This document shows positions 57,097 to 64,000 of a stretch of 64,000 nucleotides of DNA, piece after piece. The translations under genes and the position numbers were made by a program. How positions within the stretch are numbered: the first letter of the stretch is position 1; the number at the start of each line of letters is the position of its first letter. The notes beneath the pieces are model-generated. The model saw nothing but the letters and a program-made list of their open reading frames with translations, was not told where the DNA came from and ran no database searches. Source of the DNA: Granulicella sp. (lineage in GTDB: Bacteria > Acidobacteriota > Terriglobia > Terriglobales > Acidobacteriaceae); the NCBI GenBank assembly GCA_027450185.1, contig DAIDKF010000004.1:14044-78043 (forward strand), written 5' to 3'.

Positions 57097-58686
57097 TTAG
57101 TGGGCTCCGGCTGGGGGTTTGCCGGGCTTTACTTTTTTGAAGAACCAGACGGCACCGATGCAGGCGACGCTGAGCACGGAGAGCCAGCGAAAGACGTCGA
57201 TGTAGGCCCAATAAGCGGCTTGCTGGCCGAGCTGGCGGTAGAGCAGGGCGCGAGCTGCGTGGGAGGCATTGGCGGGGCCGAAGTAGGTGCTGAGGAAGCC
57301 GCTGGTGGCACGCACGGTGTTCTGAAATGCGAGGCCGGACTGGGGGATGTAGTTGGTGAGTTCGTTCTGGTGGGCGTCGGTGCGGCGGGTGAGCAGGGTG
57401 GTGGCGATGGAGATGCCGATGGAGCCGCCGACGTTGCGGAGGAGGTTGAAGATGCCGCTGGCGTTACCCATCTGCTCATTGTGGAGCGTACCGTAGGCGG
57501 CGATAGAGATGGGCACGAAGACGAAACTGAGGCCGAAGCCGGTGATCAGGATGGGGAGGAAGAGGGTGAGCGGGGAGATGCCCAGCGTGATGGAGCCGAA
57601 GTAGAGGGTGGTAAGGCCGAAGATGCTGAAGCCGAAGGTGAGCAGGTAACGGGGATCGACCTTGTTGGAGAGATAGCCGATGACGGGCATGCCGCAGATG
57701 GCGCCCAGGCCTCGGGGTGCGACGACCATGCCAGCGGTGAAGGCGGTATAGCCAAGGAGCTCCTGATAGAAGAGCGGAAGGACTACGACGGTGGAGTAGA
57801 TGGCGATGCCGAAGAGGAAGATGAGCGTGCAACCGACGAGGAAGTTGCGATCCTTGAGGACGCGGAGATTGACCAGCGGCTGCCTGCCCCAGAAGGACTG
57901 ATAGACGAAGATGGCGAGGGCGACGATCATGGCGGCGAAGGTCCAACGGAGCCAGAGTGCGGCGAACCAGTCGACCTCCTGACCTTTGTCTAGAATGACC
58001 TGAAGGCAGCCGATCCAGACAACAAGGGAGCCGAAGCCGATGTTGTCGAAACGCGAGACCTTGGCGTTGCGGATGTAGGACGGATCATGGATGTACTTGT
58101 TGATCATGTACAGAGCCATGATGCCGATGGGGATGTTGATGTAGAAGGCGTAGCGCCAGGAGTAGGTGTCGGTGAGCCAGCCGCCGAGAGTGGGGCCGAG
58201 GACGGGGGCGACGACGACGCCGAGCGCGAAGACGGCCATGGCGGCTCCGCGCTTGGCGGGGGGAAAGCTTTCGAGCAGGACGGCCTGAGAGATGGGCTGG
58301 AGGGCTCCGCCACCGGCTCCTTGAACGACGCGGAAGATGAGCAGGAAGGCGAGAGAGGGAGCAGCTCCGCAGGCGAAGCTGGCCAGGGTGAAGATGCCGA
58401 CGCAGAACATGAGGAAGCGCTTGCGCCCGAACTTGAGGGAGAACCAGTTGGAGGCCGGAAGGATGATGGCGTTGGAGACGAGGTAGGAGGTGAGGACCCA
58501 GGTGGCCTCGTCAGTAGTGGCCGAGAGCGAGCCGGCGATGTAGGGGAGCGCGACCGAGGCGATGGAGGTGTCGAGAACCTCCATGAACGTGGCGAGCATG
58601 ACGGCAGCAGCGATAAGCCACGGATTGACGCCCTGCGTAAGCTCATACGTGGGGTCGGGTGGTGCTGCGGTGGTGGCTGCGGCCAT
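57097..58686 (-). CDS. DHA2 family MFS efflux permease (EmrB/QacA-like)
   Basis: ATFMEVLDTSIA, WVLTSYL, FGRKR, RVVQG.GGG, P.LGP.LGG, FYINIPIG, NLLRN.GGS; 14-TM layout. Confidence 0.92.
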   Translation of the reverse strand: MAAATTAAPPDPTYELTQGVNPWLIAAAVMLATFMEVLDTSIASVALPYIAGSLSATTDEATWVLTSYLVSNAIILPASNWFSLKFGRKRFLMFCVGIFTLASFACGAAPSLAFLLIFRVVQGAGGGALQPISQAVLLESFPPAKRGAAMAVFALGVVVAPVLGPTLGGWLTDTYSWRYAFYINIPIGIMALYMINKYIHDPSYIRNAKVSRFDNIGFGSLVVWIGCLQVILDKGQEVDWFAALWLRWTFAAMIVALAIFVYQSFWGRQPLVNLRVLKDRNFLVGCTLIFLFGIAIYSTVVVLPLFYQELLGYTAFTAGMVVAPRGLGAICGMPVIGYLSNKVDPRYLLTFGFSIFGLTTLYFGSITLGISPLTLFLPILITGFGLSFVFVPISIAAYGTLHNEQMGNASGIFNLLRNVGGSIGISIATTLLTRRTDAHQNELTNYIPQSGLAFQNTVRATSGFLSTYFGPANASHAARALLYRQLGQQAAYWAYIDVFRWLSVLSVACIGAVWFFKKVKPGKPPAGAH

Positions 58687-58836
58687 GTTGGTGGAATCTC
58701 TACTTTCTTCCAAGGATTGCGTGCGGGAATAATGGCGACTCGGGAGTTCGAGCGCTAATGTTTGATCAAGTATTGGATGCCCGACCGCGGGCAGGGATGC
58801 CGATAAGTTTTTTGGGAGCGTACGACGATGTGTTGG

Positions 58837-60408
58837 TCACTGCGCGGATGGGAGATATTTCTGAAACAAGAGACGTTTGAGACTGAGGGGAACCTGGGAT
58901 GTCGTCTCATTTTGTTGCAGGGCAGCAAGGATCTGATTGTGTTGGGGGGTGTCGTTCCGGAGGAATTCGACCAGATAGAAGCCGTTGGATTTTGAAGAGG
59001 CTGCGTACTGATACTGGCCGGACTGATTGATGTACTGGATGATGGCACGGCCAGTGGCCTCGGTTCCGCCTACCCAGGAGCCGTTATGGAGAAGGTCCGG
59101 ACCGGGAAATTGGTTGTAAAGGACGATGAGGTCGGGATGCATCCGCTGAAGTGAGTCGACGGTGACGCCGTGCAGCGCGATGCTTTGGGTGCCGAGGCCG
59201 AGGAAGTCATAGGTAAACCAGTTGGAGTAGTAGGGGAGGCCGCCGACATCGGGAGCGATCATGGTGTGGCCTTCGGCGAAGGGCGCCAGCCGGTGGCCGA
59301 GGTTGAAGTGAGCACGATCAAGATTGCAGGAGTATTTGGCGGACTGGAGGATGTCAATGGGGGTGAAGGCCAGCACGAAGAGAGCGGTGATGACGAGGGC
59401 AAAACGAGAGACGCGGGGGATGTTGTCTGCGATGAGAAAGAAGAAAAGTACAGGCAGGGTCAGTTGAACGTAATAACGATCGCCGTAGTTCATTGCCATG
59501 TCATGGGGTGCGAAGAGGAGGAACATCAGAAGCAGGCTGCAAGCTGCAAAGGTGCGCGCAACGGTGTTCTTCGATAACCAAATTGACAGGGCCAGTGCGA
59601 AGAAATAGCCCCTGTACCTGGCGACGTTATTGAACATTTCGCCGATAAGATCGCGGAAGGAATCGTGCGTGACCTTCACATAAAAGGGATTGGGGAGGAG
59701 ATGGTGGAAGTAGTGCCACCGGGCCAGGAAATAGGAGATGGCAAGGGCAAGCGCGAGGCCGAACCATACCAACTGCTTTGCGGATTGACGGCCTTTCCAG
59801 AAAAGAAGGACGCCCGCACAGGAAAAGATCAACCCTTCAGGCCGGGTAAGCGGAAGCAGAAGGGAGAGGGTATAGGCCCAAACGGGAGGGGTGGTTTCCG
59901 CGCGGTCAGCGGCGATGGCCATTTCGAGAATGAGCATCATGTAGAGCGGGGTTTCGAGGTCGGCATAGACCTGCATCCAGAGGACGGGTCCGAGAGTCAT
60001 GAGCAGGACGCCGAGAAGTACGGCAATTCGACTGGAGCTAAGCGTGATGAGTCGATAGACCATAACCGCGATGCAGGCCAGGCCGATCAGCTTCATGAAG
60101 ATGACGGTAGAAAGGTGAAAAAACGCTGGAATGATGGCGATGAACGTATAAAGGGCGCTGGTATAAGCTTCTTCCCGTGTACCGTAGGGGTTCCAGTTCC
60201 AGACATGATGCAGAGCGAGATTTTTGCCGTAGCGAAAGCTGATGAAAGCGTCGTCGGCAGTGAAGCTGAAGAAGAGGACCGTCCAAAAGAGAGCGGCAAG
60301 TATGGCTATGAAAAGAATGACGGCGCGTTTGGATTCGAACCACTGAGCGAAAGAAACGTCGGCATCTCCGGAGAATGGAGCGGCGGGGATGGACACCGAT
60401 TTGGGCAT
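58837..60408 (-). CDS. GT-C type membrane glycosyltransferase (arabinofuranosyl/mannosyltransferase-like)
   Basis: DDAFISFRY..NL, E.YTS, LETPL, TRPEG, LPNPFYVK, G..PYYS...DFLGL. Confidence 0.7.
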   Translation of the reverse strand: MPKSVSIPAAPFSGDADVSFAQWFESKRAVILFIAILAALFWTVLFFSFTADDAFISFRYGKNLALHHVWNWNPYGTREEAYTSALYTFIAIIPAFFHLSTVIFMKLIGLACIAVMVYRLITLSSSRIAVLLGVLLMTLGPVLWMQVYADLETPLYMMLILEMAIAADRAETTPPVWAYTLSLLLPLTRPEGLIFSCAGVLLFWKGRQSAKQLVWFGLALALAISYFLARWHYFHHLLPNPFYVKVTHDSFRDLIGEMFNNVARYRGYFFALALSIWLSKNTVARTFAACSLLLMFLLFAPHDMAMNYGDRYYVQLTLPVLFFFLIADNIPRVSRFALVITALFVLAFTPIDILQSAKYSCNLDRAHFNLGHRLAPFAEGHTMIAPDVGGLPYYSNWFTYDFLGLGTQSIALHGVTVDSLQRMHPDLIVLYNQFPGPDLLHNGSWVGGTEATGRAIIQYINQSGQYQYAASSKSNGFYLVEFLRNDTPQHNQILAALQQNETTSQVPLSLKRLLFQKYLPSAQ

Positions 60409-60469
60409 GTTTGGGCTGAGTATAGCAGAGACCCTTCAGGCCACATCGCGCTTGATGATGGTCATGCGA

Positions 60470-61762
60470 TCACAAGTGTCTGTGGTGCGAACCGGGAGTG
60501 TTGTGAATGGGCTCTCCCCAGGGGAGAGATGGGTTGAGGGGAAAGAAACGCTTAAGGGAGAGGATGGGCATCTCATAGAGGTGAAAGGAGAGCCATGAGA
60601 CGGCGCAGGTAATGATGAAGGCTACGATGGCGCGGTCGATGTGGTAGGCGTTGCCAGAGGTAGTGTGGCTGATCTGGGCACCGAGGTGGTCGTAGAGGGG
60701 TTCGAACAGGATATGGAAGACGTAAAAACCGTAGCCGATACGTCCGAGCCAGCCGAGCGGCGGGAAAGAGAAGATACTACGGGGGAGTCCGTCGCGGAGG
60801 ACCAGGGGAATGGCGGCTGCGGCTGCGAGGTTGATGGCTGGGAGACCGAGCCAGAACTGGAGGGGATCGGAAAGCAGGAGCGATCCGCCGTAGTAGCAGG
60901 TGTAGAGATAGAGTGCGAGGCCGGTGAAGAAGGCCGGACGGGCGTACTTGCGGACGATACGGTGGCTGCCGGGGCGGCGGCCGGCGAGACTGGCGCGGTT
61001 GCCCATGGCGAGGGAGGTGGCGCAGCCCAGAGCGATAGCTCCGCTCTGGGTGAGGAAAAAGTCATCATAGAGATGACTTGCGCGGGCACCCTGGAAGGCC
61101 GGGAGAGTGTAGATGGAGAGCAGGAAGAGTACTGAGGCGCCAAAGCACCAGAGACTGAGGCGCAGGGCGTGGCGGCGGCTGTGGGCGAGCAAGAGGATCA
61201 GGGGCCAGATGAGGTAGAACTGCTCTTCAACCGCCAGGGTCCAGAAGTGATAGAGCGGCAGAGGTGAGTGGTTGTTAAGGGCGATGGAGGACAGATGGGG
61301 GAAGTCCTGCAGGAAGAAGACGAAGATGGCTAAGGGTTTGATTTGGGTGAGTGTGGCCCCGGCGAGGCGGGCGGTAACGGCGACGGCGGTGAGGGCAAGG
61401 ATGTAGAGGGGAAGGATGCGGAGAGCGCGGCGAACGTAGAAGTTGCGCAGCCGGTGGCGCTGACCGACGGTGTCCCAGAGGCTGCCGGTGATGAGGAAGC
61501 CGGAGAGCGCGAAGAAGAGAGTGACGCCCAGCCAACTGCCCTGGGTGACATAGCCGATGAGACGAATGGAGGGCCTGGAGGACTGGAGGCCACCGCCGTA
61601 GTGGTAGAGGAAGACCATGAGGACGGCGAGTCCACGGAGGCCGTCGAGGGCAGTGTCGCGCCGGGTTTTGGGGATGGTGGCGGTGGAAAGTGAGAGATCG
61701 GGGTGTGGTGGTTCGCCGGAGGGGTCGCCGGAGAGTTCGCTGAGGATTGCGTCGGGAGCCAT
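60470..61762 (-). CDS. Acyltransferase-3 (OafA-like) O-acyltransferase
   Basis: LDGLRGLA...V..YH, GV.LFF.LSGFLIT, FY.RR..RI.PLY, HFWTLAVEEQFY, LG.I.Y..Y..H. Confidence 0.9.
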   Translation of the reverse strand: MAPDAILSELSGDPSGEPPHPDLSLSTATIPKTRRDTALDGLRGLAVLMVFLYHYGGGLQSSRPSIRLIGYVTQGSWLGVTLFFALSGFLITGSLWDTVGQRHRLRNFYVRRALRILPLYILALTAVAVTARLAGATLTQIKPLAIFVFFLQDFPHLSSIALNNHSPLPLYHFWTLAVEEQFYLIWPLILLLAHSRRHALRLSLWCFGASVLFLLSIYTLPAFQGARASHLYDDFFLTQSGAIALGCATSLAMGNRASLAGRRPGSHRIVRKYARPAFFTGLALYLYTCYYGGSLLLSDPLQFWLGLPAINLAAAAAIPLVLRDGLPRSIFSFPPLGWLGRIGYGFYVFHILFEPLYDHLGAQISHTTSGNAYHIDRAIVAFIITCAVSWLSFHLYEMPILSLKRFFPLNPSLPWGEPIHNTPGSHHRHL

Positions 61763-61831
61763 TGGGCTCAGCGTAGTTGGTTGCGCACTGGGCGTCAATT
61801 GAAGGCTCAAGATGTGATATTTTCTTGGGGA

Positions 61832-63118
61832 ATGAATGAGATCAAAGCGGTGGGGGCCGAGGTCGATTGGAATGCGCCGACTGGGGCGGACGGAGGGGCT
61901 GCGGCAGAGGTGGAGAGCAGCGAGCGACCGTGGGTGTTTGGGCTGATGATTGCGCCTTCGGCGGTGCTGGCCAACGGGGTGGTGCAGGGCGGGGCGCTGG
62001 GCTACCTGCTGAGCCGGCAGGGGGTGGGAAGCGGCGGGCAGGCGCACATGATCTTTGTACTGGCGCTGCCGACGAGCCTGTATTTTTTGTGGAGCCCGAT
62101 TACGGATTTCTTTGTGCGGCGGCGGACATGGGTGCTTGTGGGCGGATTGCTAGCCGCGGTGTTGCTGGCGGCGGGGTTTCATCAGAAGAATCTGTCGGGG
62201 CGGACGGCGATGGCGCTGATGCTGGTGAGTGCGTGCTGCGTGCAGCTAGTGGTGTCGAGCTGCGGGGGCATGATGGGGGCGATGCGGAACGAGCGTGCCA
62301 AGCAGGTGGCGGTGAGCGGATACCAGGCGGGGGGCATGGGGTTCGGTGCGCTGGCAGCGTCGCTGCTGGTGTGGATGAGCTCGCGGACGAGCCAGGACGT
62401 GCTGGGGCTGATGGCTGCGGCGATGATCGGGATTCCGGCGCTGTTCGCGCTGGCTGCGCCCAAGCAGGAGGAGATAGCGATGTGCGGGCTGGGCGAGACG
62501 ATGCACCGGGTGTGGCTGGAGGTGAAGGCCACGTTCTTTCGCCTGGAGGCGATTCCGTATATTGCGCTGCTGACGTTCCCGATGGCGAGCGGATCGGCGG
62601 TGGGGCTGCTGACGGGGGTGGCGAGCCAGTATGGGGTGAGTGGCGATAACGTGGCGTGGATTAACGGACTGGTGGGAGGGCTGCTGGTGGCGGCGGGGTC
62701 GGCTGCGATGGCGATGGTGTGGAAGCAGATGAGGGTGCCGGTGAAGTATATGGTGGTGGCGCTGATAAACTGCGCGGCGATGGCGGTGCTGTGGCTGGGG
62801 CCGCTGCGGCCGTGGACGTACCTGGTGGGTGTGCTGCTGTACCTGTTTACGGTGGGGAGTTGCTATGCGATGGTGACGGCGGTGATCCTGGAGTTTATGG
62901 GAGCGTCGGGCAAGAGCGGGAGCGGACGGTACTCGGTGCTGAACTCGCTGGCGAATGTGCCGGTGCTGTATATGGCGCTGGTGGATGGGTGGGGCGGCGA
63001 CCGGTGGGGCGGGCGCGGTCTGGCAGGGACCGAGTGCGTGGTGGGCGCGCTGGGAGCGGTGGTGCTGCTGGCGTGGTTCCTGACCTACGGACGGGCGAAG
63101 GTGGGGGAGTCAGCCTAG
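61832..63118 (+). CDS. MFS transporter (AmpG-like)
   Basis: 12 hydrophobic segments; LP..LYFLWSPITD...RR.W resembles the AmpG motif. Confidence 0.7.
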   Translation: MNEIKAVGAEVDWNAPTGADGGAAAEVESSERPWVFGLMIAPSAVLANGVVQGGALGYLLSRQGVGSGGQAHMIFVLALPTSLYFLWSPITDFFVRRRTWVLVGGLLAAVLLAAGFHQKNLSGRTAMALMLVSACCVQLVVSSCGGMMGAMRNERAKQVAVSGYQAGGMGFGALAASLLVWMSSRTSQDVLGLMAAAMIGIPALFALAAPKQEEIAMCGLGETMHRVWLEVKATFFRLEAIPYIALLTFPMASGSAVGLLTGVASQYGVSGDNVAWINGLVGGLLVAAGSAAMAMVWKQMRVPVKYMVVALINCAAMAVLWLGPLRPWTYLVGVLLYLFTVGSCYAMVTAVILEFMGASGKSGSGRYSVLNSLANVPVLYMALVDGWGGDRWGGRGLAGTECVVGALGAVVLLAWFLTYGRAKVGESA

Positions 63119-63954
63119 TTTCTGGGCGGGGCGGGGACGTCGTCATCTAGGGTGGATTTGAGGGTGACGGAGGTGGTGAAGCGGCGGTAGTTACTGAATT
63201 CGTCAGTGCCGATGACATGGATGTTTGCGGTGATGAGCATGTGCTTGACCGGGACGATGGTATCGGCAGAGATGAAGGCAGGGAGAAGCACTCCGTTGAT
63301 GTAAGCATTGTGGAGTTCGAAGACGCTGCCTTTTGAGAAGTTATTGTCGCTGGCCAGAGTTTCGACATGAGATTGGAGGACGTTGAGGTTGCTGGCGTCG
63401 AGGGTAAGGAGGATGTGACGCTGGAGGGCCGGCGGGGCGTCGGGGTGGAGAGGGGTGAGGTCGAGAAGGATGGTTGGGTGGCCGTCGACGGTAGGGTGGC
63501 CGGTGATCGCAGGACGAAACTGGGATTCGAGTTGGTCAAGGGCGTAGGCCTGGATGGTGTGGTAGTTGGCGTGGGCTAGCTTGTTGCGGACATCGGGAGT
63601 GAGGCCGGTGCGATCTTTGAGTGTCTTGGCGTAGAGTTCATTCTCGTGTGCGAGCAGCTTGCCCTTTAGCGGTTTGCCGTTGTGTTCGAGGAGATGGACG
63701 TAGGGCATGCCCCCGATGAAGACCTGTTCGTACAGGTAGGTCTGATCGCTGGTGCGGATGCCGTGAATGTAGTTGAGGTCTCGGTGCAGGATGAGGAAGG
63801 TGTAGTCCTGCTGGTTGCCGGAGGCGGATTTGGCGTGTTGAACGAACGCGTGGGTGAGATCCGCGGCCGACAGTTGGGAGATGAATTGCTGAGCAAGGAG
63901 TCTGGAGTGGACGATGGGGAGGAGAAGGGTGCAGAAGAGGGCGAGCGGACGCAT
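63115..63954 (-). CDS. Hypothetical secreted protein
   Basis: Signal peptide; YTF, HNGKPL, FSNYRRF; beta-rich composition. Confidence 0.7.
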   Translation of the reverse strand: MRPLALFCTLLLPIVHSRLLAQQFISQLSAADLTHAFVQHAKSASGNQQDYTFLILHRDLNYIHGIRTSDQTYLYEQVFIGGMPYVHLLEHNGKPLKGKLLAHENELYAKTLKDRTGLTPDVRNKLAHANYHTIQAYALDQLESQFRPAITGHPTVDGHPTILLDLTPLHPDAPPALQRHILLTLDASNLNVLQSHVETLASDNNFSKGSVFELHNAYINGVLLPAFISADTIVPVKHMLITANIHVIGTDEFSNYRRFTTSVTLKSTLDDDVPAPPRN

Positions 63955-64000
63955 AGGGGCCTCGGAGTAACGTGAGTGGGTGCAGTGTACTGCGTGGCGG

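Overview
This is a chromosomal segment, most likely from an Acidobacteriota (Acidobacteriaceae-like) bacterium, judged from gene content, hypothetical protein families and repeat style; the taxon is an inference. It holds about 55 protein-coding genes, tRNA-Asn(GTT), tRNA-Val(TAC) and a decayed IS200/IS605 tnpA. Housekeeping genes include nadE, tdh, hemC, hemA, ccsA, mutS, anmK, ctaA, proC, murB, modABC, thrCB, trxA and rnj. A compositionally distinct block of about 13.5 kb (about 37.9-51.5 kb) carries a lactate-utilisation operon (lctP, Dld-II, lutABC, Gfo/Idh/MocA) behind a perfect FadR/GntR-type operator, followed by sigma28-driven fliC-fliD-fliS. The most notable observations are: (1) palindromic elements inserted in-frame inside mutS (a 21-bp hairpin plus a cUUCGg hairpin) and hemA, reminiscent of Rickettsia coding palindromic elements; (2) a segment of about 14 kb with reversed G/C strand skew that starts at the tRNA-Asn/IS scar; (3) FliC, FliD and a lipoprotein almost devoid of basic residues; (4) a recurring leaderless-mRNA promoter layout; (5) several catalytically degenerate proteins (a pseudo-bEBP, a DsbA-like protein without CxxC, an altered PIG-L); (6) a head-to-head start overlap of modA and thrC; and (7) two families of dispersed intergenic repeats. 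All calls come from reading motifs by eye; no searches were run. No CRISPR array, rRNA or intact mobile element was seen.
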